A stretch of 64,000 nucleotides of DNA from Verrucomicrobiota bacterium (GCA_038214755.1 JBBQRQ010000017.1:1-64000); one strand, 5' to 3'. Numbered from the stretch's first letter, positions 28,372-38,932 are shown. Made by a program: numbers and translations. Notes: a model not told the origin generated them from the sequence alone.

Positions 28372-30222
28372 TCACGCTGCTTCCTGCGCGGCCAAAAATC
28401 CCTGCAACCGTCGAATGCGCGTTGGGTGCCGCAATTTCCGCAAGGCTTTCGCTTCGATCTGCCGGATGCGTTCGCGCGTGACTTTATATTGCTGCCCGAT
28501 TTCTTCGAGTGTCCGTTCGTTGCCGTCGGTGAGACCAAAACGCATTTCGACGATGTGCCGTTCCCGCTCGGTCAGCGTCGCCAGCACGTCAGTCAATTTT
28601 TCTTTGAGCAAATGTTGGCTGGTCATCTCCGAGGGATTTTCCGCCTGCTTGTCCTCAATCAAATCGCCGAAACTGACGTCGCCTTCTTCGCCGATGGGAG
28701 TCTGGAGCGAGATCGGTTGTTGCGCCATTTTTTGCAGCGCCTGAATCCGGGAGACGGACATGTTTAACTCGTCAGCGACCTCATCGGTGGTGGCTTCGCG
28801 GCCAAATTCCTGGAGCAATTGTTTTTCAACGCGCCAAAGTTTGTTGAGGATCTCGATCATATGCACCGGGATGCGAATGGTGCGCGCCTGGTCGGCGATG
28901 GAGCGCGTGATGGCCTGGCGAATCCACCAAATGGCGTAGGTGGAAAATTTGTAGCCGCGCTGATACTCGAATTTTTCCACGCCCTTCATCAAGCCGATAT
29001 TGCCCTCTTGAATTAAATCCAGAAGCGACTGTCCGCGGTTCATATATTTTTTCGCGACCGAAACGACCAGGCGAAGGTTGGCTTCCGCCATGTGAGTTTT
29101 GGCTTTTTGCGCCTGTTGTTGGGCGACTTTCAATTTTTCAAAAGCGGCGAGAAAATCTTCCTTGGGCATCCGCACCATTTTTTCCAGATTCTTAATTTTG
29201 ATTTCTTCGGCGGCGATCAAGGCCTGTTGCTGCGCGGATTTGCGCTGTCTTTTGTAAGTCTCGATATGCGCGAGGCTGAGGTGAAGCAATTCGTGGATGT
29301 TGGCGGCGACGGCGGTCAACTCCTCCCGGAATTTTGGGCGATAATGAAACGCCGGAAAAATCGCTTCCATTTTCCGATGGAGCTTTTCCAAATCGTGACC
29401 AACTTTTTGCGCCCTGGCCTTGCCCTGCGCTTTTGTCCATTCCAAATAAGTTGCGTCGAAGCGCGCGTCGAGGGTGCGAACTCTTTTGACCAGCTTGCGA
29501 AGTTGCTTCAAATGCCCGTCGCGGAACCCGAGTTTTTTGTCCGCGACAATCCGGTCAAAACGTTCCTGTGGCGGGTCGGACAAAAGTTTTTCCGCCAGCG
29601 TGATGTGTTCCTTTCCGGCGAAACCAAAGCGACAAATGATTTTGTTGGCCTCGATTTCCGCCCGCTCGATGCGCTGGCAAATTTCCACTTCCTGCTCGCG
29701 CGTGAGCAAAGGAGTTTTGCCCATTTGATTCATGTACATCTGCACCGGGTCATCCAAAATATCCAAACGGCTGGTGTCTTCCTCGGGCTCTTCTACTTCG
29801 GCCGGCTCCACTTTGGTGCGGCGAGCCTCGGCGCTTTCGACGATCTCAATATCGCGTTGGCGCAGTTTGGAATAAATATCCTCCAACTCATTCGGAGCGA
29901 TCATCTCGTCGGGCAACGCGTCATTGATGTCGTCGTAAGTGAGATAACCTTGCTCCTTGGCCAACTGGATCAGGTCCTTGAGTTTGGCGGCAACTTCGAG
30001 GTCAAGTTGGGCGTGGCCGTTTCCGTTGCCATTGCCATTGAGAGGAGTTGCGCTCTTGGCGGGCTGGCCGTGGGGTCCAACTTTTTTTCGAGAAGAGATC
30101 TTTGGCGAAGAGATTTTTCGTGAAGAAAGTTTGGCGCGGGCGGGTGTTTTTGCGCGGGCGGTTTTAAATCGTTTCACCGCTTTAAATCGTTTCAGTGCCT
30201 TTCGAGCCGTTCGTTTCAACAT
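28372..30222 (-). CDS. rpoD: primary-type sigma-70 factor RpoD
   Basis: [66 protein letters not shown] 30222 preferred over 30372. Confidence 0.95.
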   Translation of the reverse strand: MLKRTARKALKRFKAVKRFKTARAKTPARAKLSSRKISSPKISSRKKVGPHGQPAKSATPLNGNGNGNGHAQLDLEVAAKLKDLIQLAKEQGYLTYDDINDALPDEMIAPNELEDIYSKLRQRDIEIVESAEARRTKVEPAEVEEPEEDTSRLDILDDPVQMYMNQMGKTPLLTREQEVEICQRIERAEIEANKIICRFGFAGKEHITLAEKLLSDPPQERFDRIVADKKLGFRDGHLKQLRKLVKRVRTLDARFDATYLEWTKAQGKARAQKVGHDLEKLHRKMEAIFPAFHYRPKFREELTAVAANIHELLHLSLAHIETYKRQRKSAQQQALIAAEEIKIKNLEKMVRMPKEDFLAAFEKLKVAQQQAQKAKTHMAEANLRLVVSVAKKYMNRGQSLLDLIQEGNIGLMKGVEKFEYQRGYKFSTYAIWWIRQAITRSIADQARTIRIPVHMIEILNKLWRVEKQLLQEFGREATTDEVADELNMSVSRIQALQKMAQQPISLQTPIGEEGDVSFGDLIEDKQAENPSEMTSQHLLKEKLTDVLATLTERERHIVEMRFGLTDGNERTLEEIGQQYKVTRERIRQIEAKALRKLRHPTRIRRLQGFLAAQEAA

Positions 30223-30456
30223 AGGTAAAGTGCGTCTCTCTTTAAGCCGGCCAATGCGCCGCCTCTTCTGGATGTTTTTGTCAGTTTTTTTTCTCGTAAA
30301 ATTTCCTCGGCCAACTGTGAAGCAATCGGAAACTGGCCAGCCAGCAGACTGACGATTTCCACCATAACTCATTATTTATTTTGCACAAATTTTTTTACGG
30401 GTTTCCATTAGCAGGGGAATTCCCTTCAAAACAACGGCGAAAATTGACGCGGCCAC

Positions 30457-31665
30457 TTACCGTTTGGGAACCTCCGTTGCCTCGCTAAATTCATAGATTT
30501 TTCCGTCATAGCCCAGGATGTAAACCTCCCCGGAATTGTCTTCGGCGAAGCTGGCGAACTGTCGCGCCGGCACATCTTTTGGCTGCATTTCCAGAACGCC
30601 ATCCGCCGTGACTTTCCCCTGCTCGGCGCGCAAGCCCCACAATGTTCCACTGATAAAATCCGCGTACAGATAAATTCCCTGCAACGCAGGAAGTTTTTTT
30701 CCGCGATAAACATACCCACCGGTGATCGACAATCCTGGAAGGTGATTGGTGCTCAATTGCGGTGTGTGCGGATATTCCAAAATGGGATCGATCAGCTTCG
30801 TCTGCGTCGGGGGGCTGTTGGTGAATTCATGAAAACCTTCCCGAAAACTCCAGCCGTAGTTTCCGCCTTTTTGGATAATATTAATTTCCTCCCATTTATT
30901 TTGGCCAACATCCGCGCAATAAAGTTCGCTGGTCTTTCGATCAAAACTAAATCGCCACGGATTGCGCAATCCGTAGGCCCACGTTTCGTCCCGCGCTTCT
31001 TTTTGGCCGACGAAGGGATTGTCTGTGGGAATTCCGTAAGGCAAATCGCCGGTGCGCGAATCCACATCGATCCGCAAAATTTTGGCGAGCAGACTGCCGA
31101 GGTTTTGACCGTTGTGAAACTGGTCATTCGCTCCGCCGCCGTCGCCGAGACCGATATAAAGAAATCCATCAGGACCGAATAAAACTTCTCCGCCGTTATG
31201 GTTCCATTGCGGTTTTAAAACTTCCAAAAGAACTCGCTCGCTCGACTTGTCGGCTTCATCTGCGTTGGTTTTCGAAACGGAAAATTCGCTGATGACGCAG
31301 CGTTTTGGATTTTGCTGCGAATAGAAAATGTAAAACCTTCCATTCGATTTGTATTTCGGATGAAACGCAAAACCGAGCAGGCCCTCTTCATTTTGCTCCC
31401 ACGGTTTGCGGTCGCTGATATCGAGGAAGGTTTTCGTTTCTTTGCCGGTTCTCTCTTTCGGCAAGATCAAAACCTTGCCGTCCTGTTGCGCGACAAAAAT
31501 CCGTTGGGTCTCGTCGGGCGCTTCACACAGCCAAAGTGGGCGAGTCAACTTCAACTCTGGATAAGCGACTTTCGTTTTTACGCTGGGCAATTCGCTGGCA
31601 GCAAAAAGAATTTGGGAAGAAAGAAGAGCCGAAACGAATGCAGGAATACGACGGATGAATTTCAC
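30457..31665 (-). CDS. PQQ-dependent glucose/sorbosone dehydrogenase-family protein
   Basis: NEEGLLGFAFHP, NHNGG..FGPDG.LY...GDGG, AYGLRNPWR, GGNYGW. Confidence 0.93.
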   Translation of the reverse strand: MKFIRRIPAFVSALLSSQILFAASELPSVKTKVAYPELKLTRPLWLCEAPDETQRIFVAQQDGKVLILPKERTGKETKTFLDISDRKPWEQNEEGLLGFAFHPKYKSNGRFYIFYSQQNPKRCVISEFSVSKTNADEADKSSERVLLEVLKPQWNHNGGEVLFGPDGFLYIGLGDGGGANDQFHNGQNLGSLLAKILRIDVDSRTGDLPYGIPTDNPFVGQKEARDETWAYGLRNPWRFSFDRKTSELYCADVGQNKWEEINIIQKGGNYGWSFREGFHEFTNSPPTQTKLIDPILEYPHTPQLSTNHLPGLSITGGYVYRGKKLPALQGIYLYADFISGTLWGLRAEQGKVTADGVLEMQPKDVPARQFASFAEDNSGEVYILGYDGKIYEFSEATEVPKR

Positions 31666-31769
31666 GAAGCGCTATGACGTTCTATTTTCGGAAAAGCTTC
31701 AATCAAAAACTTTCGACCGCCGTGGGCTCGCATTTCGAGCCAACCACCAAAACGCAGCGCCAGGACGGT

Positions 31770-31883
31770 GTAGCGCAGATTTCCAATCTGCCGTATCGCG
31801 GATTTCCAATCCGCCGACGCTGCACTGTTTCAAGCGCTGCCGGTTAGAAACCGGCGATACCGCAGGTTGGAAACCCGCGCTAC
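31770..31883. repeat. GTAGCGCAG-family REP doublet
   Basis: GTAGCGCAGATTTCCAATCTGCCGTATCGC ... GCGATACCGCAGGTTGGAAACCCGCGCTAC. Confidence 0.88.
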
Positions 31884-32013
31884 GTCGGCCGGCGGGGCGA
31901 AATGCGTTGGAAACTAATCGTCCCGGAAAATATTCTTCCCTTCGTTCGAACCTTTCCTACTCTTTCTCCTAATTCTCAATCGGACTCCGGTCGAAACTGA
32001 GATTTAAAACCAG

Positions 32014-32619
32014 ATGAACGAATGGAACTTCCAATCCCGCGCGCACGCTTGCCAGTCGTGCGGGAAAACTTTCGCCGACAAGCAGCCTTATCACACACTG
32101 CTCTTCGACGAAAAAGGCGGACTGCGGCGGCTCGATGTGTGCCAGGCGTGTTGGACTTCGCAATTTTCGGAGGGCGGCACCGACAAGAAAGATGTGATCT
32201 CACGCTGGCAGGGAATTTACGAAGCGCCCCCCGCCGCCGCGCCCGACCCGATTGGAAAAGAAAATGCCGAAACACTTCTACGAAAATTGATCGAGTTGAA
32301 TGACCCGAAACACGGAGCGGTTTGTTACATTCTCGCCGTAATGCTGGAGCGAAAACGTTTGCTCAAGATTCGCGAGCAACTCAACCGCGATGGCCGCCGC
32401 GTTTTCATTTACGAACAGCCGAAGACGGGCGACGTATTCGCCATCACTGATCCGAATTTGCAACTGAACCAACTCGAAGAAGTGCAACGCGACGTCGCAC
32501 AATTGTTGGAACATGGATTGAACCCGCCCGTTGCGCCGCCTGCGCCGGCCAGTAATCCCGTCATCCCATCCAACCAGGAAACGGTGCAGGACATTTCGCA
32601 ATCGATCGGGCAAGAGTGA
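32014..32619 (+). CDS. hypothetical protein with CxxC pairs, upstream of rnc
   Basis: 201-aa ORF; CQSC and CQAC, LAVMLERKR motif. Confidence 0.75.
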   Translation: MNEWNFQSRAHACQSCGKTFADKQPYHTLLFDEKGGLRRLDVCQACWTSQFSEGGTDKKDVISRWQGIYEAPPAAAPDPIGKENAETLLRKLIELNDPKHGAVCYILAVMLERKRLLKIREQLNRDGRRVFIYEQPKTGDVFAITDPNLQLNQLEEVQRDVAQLLEHGLNPPVAPPAPASNPVIPSNQETVQDISQSIGQE

Positions 32620-32733
32620 CTCGTTGACTCGTTGAATTGTTGAATCGTGAAATGTGCAACGTGAATAAAGTAGGTCAGCGCGTCTCGCCTGACCTTGGGG
32701 AGAAGGAATCGTGAATCGCGAATCGTAATTAGA

Positions 32734-33435
32734 ATGTCGGACTTAAAAAAACTTCAGTCAGATTTGGACTACGCGTTTCACAACGAAGATTTGTTGCGGC
32801 TGGCCGTCACGCATCCTTCCATTATCCATGAATCGGGAGTGAAAACTCAGACCAATCAGCGCCTGGAATTTTTAGGCGATTCCGTTTTGGGTTTGATCCT
32901 GACGAACGAACTTTACGAGAAATTCCAGGAGTCCAGCGAAGGGCCGCTCACCAAAGCGCGCGCGCAAATGGTCAATCGCCGGACTCTGGCGCAACAAGCC
33001 AAACAAATAAATCTCGGCGAACATTTGATTCTCAGCCGAGGAGAGAAAGCCAATATGGGACGCGGACGAACTTCCGCGCTGGGCGACGCTTTCGAAGCAG
33101 TCATCGGCGCAATTTTTCTCGACGGAGGTTACGACGCGGCGCGGGATTTTGTGTTGCGCAGTTTTGGTGGAGTGTTCGGCGAACTCGCCGTCATTCCAAA
33201 TCTGGAAAATCCAAAAGGCGAATTGCAGGAATTGCTTCAAACCAATTCATTGGAAGCGCCGCAATACGAAATTATTTCCACGCAAGGGCCGGAACATGAT
33301 CGTGATTTTGAGTGCGTTGTTCGCCACGCCGGAATCGAAATGGGTCGCGGCCAGGGGAAAAGTAAAAAGCTGGCGGAAAGCGAGGCGGCAACAGCGGCGT
33401 TGATCGCTTTGAAAAGTAAAACCCAAACCGGGTAG
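32734..33435 (+). CDS. rnc: ribonuclease III
   Basis: NQRLEFLGDSVL, DAFEAVIGAIFLDGG, dsRBD NPKGELQE...GKSKKLAE. Confidence 0.97.
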   Translation: MSDLKKLQSDLDYAFHNEDLLRLAVTHPSIIHESGVKTQTNQRLEFLGDSVLGLILTNELYEKFQESSEGPLTKARAQMVNRRTLAQQAKQINLGEHLILSRGEKANMGRGRTSALGDAFEAVIGAIFLDGGYDAARDFVLRSFGGVFGELAVIPNLENPKGELQELLQTNSLEAPQYEIISTQGPEHDRDFECVVRHAGIEMGRGQGKSKKLAESEAATAALIALKSKTQTG

Positions 33436-33591
33436 CATCTGCCTCCGGCGGGTGCGAATTCGTTCTTTCGATGTTCAGTGTTGGATGTTCGATGTTCGAT
33501 GTTTTTTTAATTTTTAACATCGAACATCGAACACTGGACATCCAACATCGAAGCGCACGTCTTCGCACCCGCCGGAGGCAGAGGCTACCCG
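33429..33591. repeat. GGGTAGCATCTGCC-family REP doublet enclosing TCGATGT/ACATCGA heptamer arrays
   Basis: same outer arms as 21641-21793; inner TTCGATG repeats and inverted AACATCG repeats at about 33466-33552. Confidence 0.9.
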
Positions 33592-33599
33592 AAGAAAGA

Positions 33600-34247
33600 T
33601 CACGGTAACGCGCTGATAAAACTGTCCGCCTGCCGGATTGATTTATCCATCTCGCTGAGAAGTTTGGAGATGTCGTCCTGAATATTGAGCGCTTCTTTTT
33701 GCAACGAGGAAAGCGCCTGCGCATTGAGATTGTGCTTGAGAAATAAAACTTGATCGCGGAATTGAGTCAGCACCGGATCCATGCTTTTCTCCGCGCGTTT
33801 GAGCGCATCGTGGAGCGTCTCGTAACGAGCGCGCGTTTCGCGAAGTTGTTCCCGGCTTTTGTCCCGCAAGCTGGCGGAAGAAATTTCTTTCAGTTCTTTT
33901 TCCCACTCTGAAAACAAATCGCCCGCCACGCCCTCGACCTCCTTCACTCGTTTGCGAACCGCGTTGGCTTTGACGGTCGAGCGGTCGAAATCGGTTTTAA
34001 GCGAGTCATAAATTTTTTCCAGATCTCCGCCTTGAAATCCATAAAGCTCTTTCAGCCGAGTCAACGCGTCTTTGAATTGCTGACCGGCTTCCTTCTGGTC
34101 GTCGCGTGCGGCCAGCACTCTTTTTTTGAGAAGGTCGCGTTTGTAAACGCCAAATTTTTCCCAGGTCGAATAATAGGCGCTGCTGCACCCGAAGGTCAAA
34201 AGCAGCAGGAAAAATAAACCTGAGGAAACGACACGTCGAAATTTCAT
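33600..34247 (-). CDS. DUF2959-family lipoprotein
   Basis: lipobox TFGC; YYSTWEKFG..KRD, QFKDAL, LFSEW..E, FLKHNLNAQA. Confidence 0.88.
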   Translation of the reverse strand: MKFRRVVSSGLFFLLLLTFGCSSAYYSTWEKFGVYKRDLLKKRVLAARDDQKEAGQQFKDALTRLKELYGFQGGDLEKIYDSLKTDFDRSTVKANAVRKRVKEVEGVAGDLFSEWEKELKEISSASLRDKSREQLRETRARYETLHDALKRAEKSMDPVLTQFRDQVLFLKHNLNAQALSSLQKEALNIQDDISKLLSEMDKSIRQADSFISALP

Positions 34248-34366
34248 GGCGAAACTTACTTTTGATTGCCCGGCGCGCAACGAAAAATCCAAGCAGCATT
34301 TCCCTGATTTACAAGTGGCTGGTCATTGGAGAATTTGTCGGAAAGGGCGGCGTGTCCCCCTTGCCT

Positions 34367-35566
34367 ATGCCCGCAAAAATCGAGACAAAAGTCGAAAAGA
34401 ATTCTCCTGTCGAAAAAAAAATCGAGGCCAAAGTCGATGACTCTCCTCCAGCGTTAAGTGACGTGGCCGATTTTCTCAATCGCACCCAGACCGTCGTCCC
34501 GCTGGCCGTGATCGGAATTTTTTTAATTGGCTTTGTTTATTTTATTTATTTCGCCCGCCCGTTTCTGATGCCAGTCGTTCTGGCGCTGCTGCTCAATTTT
34601 TTGTTGAAGCCGTTGGTCGGCTTTCTCGCTCGGATCAAGATTCGTGAAACTTTTGGCGCACTGGTGGTCATGCTCATCTTTTTCGGAATCCTCGCATTTG
34701 CCGTTTCACGATTGACCGAACCCGCGACCGATTGGGTGAAAAAAGCGCCGGAAAATATGCGTAAGGTTGAGACGAAAATCCGCCGTTTGATCCGACCCGC
34801 TACGCAATTGACGCAAGCGGCCGCAGCGGTAACGCAGATGGCAACCACAGGCACGACCAACGATCCGGTTCAGGAAGGTCCCGTCCAACCCGAAGCCAAA
34901 CAACCGTCGCTCGTCGAGAATGTTCGCCAACCCTACATCGTGGAAGGCGCGTTGAGTTACACCAAAAGTTTTTTGGCGGGCACGCTCGAAACGATTGTCC
35001 TGCTCTATTTCCTGCTGGCCTCCGGCGATTTATTTATGCGCAAGCTCGTCAAAGTGCTGCCCACCTCGCAGAACAAAAAAAAGGCCGTCGAAATTGGAAA
35101 TGAACTGCAACAAAATATTTCCACGTTCCTCTTCACCATCACGGTCATCAACACCGGGGTGGGATTGCTGGTTGGATTAGCTATGAAATTGGTGGGAATG
35201 CCCAATCCCGTTCTGTGGGGAATCCTGGCTGGGCTGTTAAATTTTATTCCGTACTTTGGGCCGATTACTGGCGTGGCGGTGTTATCCGTGGCCGGGTTTG
35301 TCACATTCGATTCCATGGCGATGGCGCTGTTGCCGCCAGTGATTTACCTGACGCTTCACGCGTTGGAATCCAATCTGTTTACTCCGATGATTCTGGGCCA
35401 CCGCCTGACATTGAACCCCGTCATGATTTTTATTTCACTCATCTTTTGGACTTGGATCTGGGGTATCCCTGGCGCGCTTCTCTCGGTGCCGATATTGATG
35501 ATCCTCAAAATTTTTTGCGACCATTTCAAACCACTGGCGCCCTTCGGTGAATTCATGGGCGATTAA
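34367..35566 (+). CDS. AI-2E family transporter
   Basis: multi-TM; LLNFIPYFGP, ESNLFTPMILG, WGIPGALLSVP. Confidence 0.92.
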   Translation: MPAKIETKVEKNSPVEKKIEAKVDDSPPALSDVADFLNRTQTVVPLAVIGIFLIGFVYFIYFARPFLMPVVLALLLNFLLKPLVGFLARIKIRETFGALVVMLIFFGILAFAVSRLTEPATDWVKKAPENMRKVETKIRRLIRPATQLTQAAAAVTQMATTGTTNDPVQEGPVQPEAKQPSLVENVRQPYIVEGALSYTKSFLAGTLETIVLLYFLLASGDLFMRKLVKVLPTSQNKKKAVEIGNELQQNISTFLFTITVINTGVGLLVGLAMKLVGMPNPVLWGILAGLLNFIPYFGPITGVAVLSVAGFVTFDSMAMALLPPVIYLTLHALESNLFTPMILGHRLTLNPVMIFISLIFWTWIWGIPGALLSVPILMILKIFCDHFKPLAPFGEFMGD

Positions 35567-35646
35567 AAACTCGCCGGTCACGGAGTTGACAACGCGCTTC
35601 GGTTTTCTCAATTGACGTTCCCCAATCCCGGCTCTTGAATCTCGCG

Positions 35647-36867
35647 ATGAATTTTGTCACTCACCTCGAATGCGCCAATTGCGGCGTGCAATACGAAAAA
35701 GGAAAAATCCATAATCTTTGCACCGCCTGCCATCGTCCGCTCTGGGTCAAATACGATCTGCCCGGGCTCAAGAAAAATTTCAAAAAGAAGGATTTGATCG
35801 GACGTCCGCCGACGATCTGGCGTTACCTGGAAATGTTGCCGATCTCCAATCCGGACAAAATCGTTTCGCTCGTAGAAACCATTTCGCCGATTCTCGATTG
35901 CCAACGGCTCGCCTCGCATTTCGGCATGAAAAGTATTTTGGTAAAGGACGAAAGCCGGTTGCCCACCGGCAGTTTTAAATCGCGCGGAATGGCGATGGCG
36001 ATTTCGATGGCGAACGAATTTGGAATCAAAAAAGTCGCGTGTCCGACGGCGGGAAATGCGGGCGGTGCGATGGCCGCTTATGCCGCGCGCGCCGGAATGG
36101 AAGCCTACGTTTTCATGCCGGAAGACACGCCGATGATTAACAAAAAAGAATGTTATCTCGCGGGCGCAAAAACTTTTACCGTCAACGGACTGATCAACGA
36201 TTGCGGGCGCATCGTCGGCGAAGGAAAAGCAATTAAAGGTTGGTTTGATCTTTCCACTTTGAAAGAGCCGTATCGCATCGAAGGAAAAAAAACGATGGGA
36301 CTCGAACTCGCCGAGCAATTCGATTGGGAATTGCCCGACGTGATTTTATATCCCACGGGCGGCGGCACGGGGTTGATTGGAATGTGGAAAGCGTTTGCGG
36401 AACTGGAAGCGATGGGCTGGCTGAACTCGCCGAAAAAACCAAAAATGATTTCCTGCCAGAGCGAAGGTTGCGCGCCGATCTCGACCGCGTTTGAGAAAGG
36501 CGAACGGTTTGCAAAACTTTTTGAAGGCGCGGCGACGATTGCCAGCGGCATCCGCGTTCCGGCGGCAGTGGGCGATTTTATGATCCTCGACGCCGTGCGC
36601 GAAAGTGGCGGCATCGCGATTGCCACAGCGGAGAAAGACATTCCGAAATTTATGCAACTCGTGTCGTCGAGCGAAGGCATTGCGCTTTGTCCGGAAACGG
36701 CGGTGTGCCTCGGCGCGTTGGAAGTGTTGTTGAAAAAAGGCACGATCAAAAAAACGGATCGCGTTTTAGTTTTCAACACGGGCGCAGCGCAAAAATATCC
36801 TGAAGCTGTCCAGGAAAAGTTGCAGAAGATCGACATCACCAAGCCAATTGATTGGGAGAAGATTTAG
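35647..36867 (+). CDS. thrC: threonine synthase (PLP fold type II)
   Basis: CANC/CTAC N-terminus, PTGSFKSRG, PTAGNAG, RIEGKKTMG, YPTGGG, FNTG. Confidence 0.85.
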   Translation: MNFVTHLECANCGVQYEKGKIHNLCTACHRPLWVKYDLPGLKKNFKKKDLIGRPPTIWRYLEMLPISNPDKIVSLVETISPILDCQRLASHFGMKSILVKDESRLPTGSFKSRGMAMAISMANEFGIKKVACPTAGNAGGAMAAYAARAGMEAYVFMPEDTPMINKKECYLAGAKTFTVNGLINDCGRIVGEGKAIKGWFDLSTLKEPYRIEGKKTMGLELAEQFDWELPDVILYPTGGGTGLIGMWKAFAELEAMGWLNSPKKPKMISCQSEGCAPISTAFEKGERFAKLFEGAATIASGIRVPAAVGDFMILDAVRESGGIAIATAEKDIPKFMQLVSSSEGIALCPETAVCLGALEVLLKKGTIKKTDRVLVFNTGAAQKYPEAVQEKLQKIDITKPIDWEKI

Positions 36868-36916
36868 AAAGTGCTGCCGACACTGTCGGTAGAGTGTATG
36901 GTTCCCTGAAATTATT

Positions 36917-37213
36917 ATGAATATTTCACAACAACTTTTCCGTTTTAGCATTTTAATCGCTCTCTGTATTTTCACAGCTTGTGCTACCGATCCGCTCAAA
37001 AATACTACAAGCAAGCGCACGGTGGCTGAAGTCGAACCGCGATTGAAGGCGGACATGCCTCTAGCCGAACTTCTCAACTTCACAAAAAATACGCCAATCA
37101 TGACGCAGGGATACACGCGGTTCATGTTAGCCGATGGTGATTTGTGGATAATCGAGGGACGTGATGAGCATGGCACTGTTATTATTAAAGACTGGAGATT
37201 TCAGAAAAAATGA
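36917..37213 (+). CDS. small hypothetical lipoprotein
   Basis: hydrophobic N-terminus ending FTAC; AT-richer than its neighbours. Confidence 0.6.
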   Translation: MNISQQLFRFSILIALCIFTACATDPLKNTTSKRTVAEVEPRLKADMPLAELLNFTKNTPIMTQGYTRFMLADGDLWIIEGRDEHGTVIIKDWRFQKK

Positions 37214-37269
37214 CTTTGCGCTGACTCAGTCGCTTCAAGAACTGCTGGCAAATGTCGGCAACACTTTGA

Positions 37270-38277
37270 ATGGACATTTTGATTTCAGAAGAACTCGATT
37301 CGCCCGCGATTGAAAAGCTAACGACGAAATATTCCGTCGTGCGCGAGCCAGAGCTTTGGAAAGATTCCGCAAAACTGAAAACTCTTCTGGCGGAAGCTCG
37401 CGGCATCATGGTGCGCAATCAAACTCAACTTACCGCCGAAATTTTATCAGCCGCGCCAAAGCTCCTCGCCATTGGCCGTGTCGGCGTTGGCCTCGACAAT
37501 ATCAATGTCAAAACCGCGACCGAACGCGGCATCGTCGTCATTGCGCCGCTCAACGCCAACGCCACGAGCGTCGCTGAATTGACCATCGGCTTAATGCTTT
37601 CTCTGGCGCGAAAAATTCCATTCGCAGATCGCTCCACAAAAAACGGCGGGTGGGACCGAAAGAATTGCACCGGGATCGAGTTGGATAGAAAAATTATTTT
37701 GATCTGCGGCTTTGGCAGAATTGGCCGAATGGTCGCGGCGCGCGCGCGGGCATTTGGAATGCGCATCGTTATCTTTGATCCATTCATCGAAGAGAATTCT
37801 GTGCATCTTGGCGAAGTAGGCGCGACGCTCGCCAGAAAATTAGAAGAGGCTTTGGCCATCGCGGATTTTGTCACCGTGCATTCTCCGCTCACGCCGGAGA
37901 CCAGCCACTTGTTCAACGAAAAAACTTTTGCCGCAATGAAGCCGGGAAGTTTTTTTATCAACACATCTCGCGGCGGTGTCATGGACGAAAAAGCGTTGAT
38001 CGATGCGTTGGAGAAAAAGCATCTCGGCGGCGCGGCGCTCGACGTACGCGAAGTGGAACCTCCCGCCGGGCCATCGCCGTTGAACCAAATGGGTAACGTG
38101 ATTTTAACTCCGCACATCGGCGCGTTCACGCAGGAGGCACAAACGCGCACGCTGGAAACTGTTTGCGAGGACGTCGACCGTGTTCTAAGCGGGCAGGCTG
38201 CGCTGAATTTTGTCAACGTCTCGCAACCGGGCCCGTTGAGCGACGGAGCGCGAACTTTAGATCGGTTACCGAAATAA
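37270..38277 (+). CDS. D-isomer-specific 2-hydroxyacid dehydrogenase (SerA-like)
   Basis: GVGLDNI, SVAEL, GFGRIG, VHSPLT, NTSRG, GAALDV, TPHIG. Confidence 0.92.
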   Translation: MDILISEELDSPAIEKLTTKYSVVREPELWKDSAKLKTLLAEARGIMVRNQTQLTAEILSAAPKLLAIGRVGVGLDNINVKTATERGIVVIAPLNANATSVAELTIGLMLSLARKIPFADRSTKNGGWDRKNCTGIELDRKIILICGFGRIGRMVAARARAFGMRIVIFDPFIEENSVHLGEVGATLARKLEEALAIADFVTVHSPLTPETSHLFNEKTFAAMKPGSFFINTSRGGVMDEKALIDALEKKHLGGAALDVREVEPPAGPSPLNQMGNVILTPHIGAFTQEAQTRTLETVCEDVDRVLSGQAALNFVNVSQPGPLSDGARTLDRLPK

Positions 38278-38322
38278 AATTCCAGGAAGAACGCCGATTT
38301 CCAAATCGGCAAGACGCCGTAA

Positions 38323-38538
38323 GTAGCCGCCGACAGTGAGGAGAAAACCACCGACGGAAAGTTAGGGTGTCGGCCCCATGAACCGGCAAGCGTTGGTAGG
38401 GCGCGTCACTCTGTGCGCGCCGGGGCGACATCAGGGGCAAGTGCGGCGCGCACGGAGTGACGCGCCCTACCTTGAGGTTCATGGATAGGCAGAAACTCGC
38501 TGGTCAAACCAAGTCCGCCTCCTCACGTCGGCGGCTAC
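38323..38538. repeat. triple-nested palindromic element
   Basis: outer GTAGCCGCCGAC.GTGAGGAG / CTCCTCACGTCGGCGGCTAC; middle CCATGAACC / GGTTCATGG (38376-38484); inner GGTAGGGCGCGTCACTC / GAGTGACGCGCCCTACC (38395-38471). Confidence 0.9.
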
Positions 38539-38566
38539 GGTCGGGTCAAAAGAAGTATCTGTGAAA

Positions 38567-38917
38567 TGGTGGAGGCGGCGGGAGTTGAACCCGCGTCCTT
38601 AGTAAACAAACCAGCCGCGACTACATGCTTAGTCAAAGGAAGATTTTCTGCTATGTGATGACGCTCTGACTCGAGTCACACTGCCTAGTCCGCATGAAAT
38701 TTCTCGGCTGAAAGCGCGCGGTCTCCGCTTCCAACCATGCCTGCTGTTTCGTTTGTCTCTCGTAGCAGGTGTTCAAGGGCAAACGTCGTAGCCTTAGGCC
38801 GCGAGAGCTAATTCTTCAGTAGCTTTTATGTTTTGGTTCGATTTTTTACGAGGCCAACGAACCGTCCTCGGCATGCCGCCTCTGGCGTATTTTCAAAGTC
38901 GAAACCAGTACGCCCCC
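38567..38917 (-). ncRNA. ssrA: tmRNA; tag peptide (A)ATEELALAA
   Basis: 5' GGGGGCGTACTGGTTTCGAC; 3' GACGCGGGTTCAACTCCCGCCGCCTCCACCA with a G.U acceptor pair; tag ORF at 38823-38794; 351 nt. Confidence 0.97.
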
Positions 38918-38932
38918 AAAAGCAACGCGCGG

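Noticed and set aside
29092..30123. Long antisense ORFs (also 39715-40815, 37425-38351, 56104-57054)
   Set aside because: Shadow frames of well-supported genes on the opposite strand
38567..38600. tRNA-like 3' end with CCA
   Set aside because: It pairs with a 5' end 351 nt away and brackets a tag ORF, so it is the tmRNA rather than a tRNA
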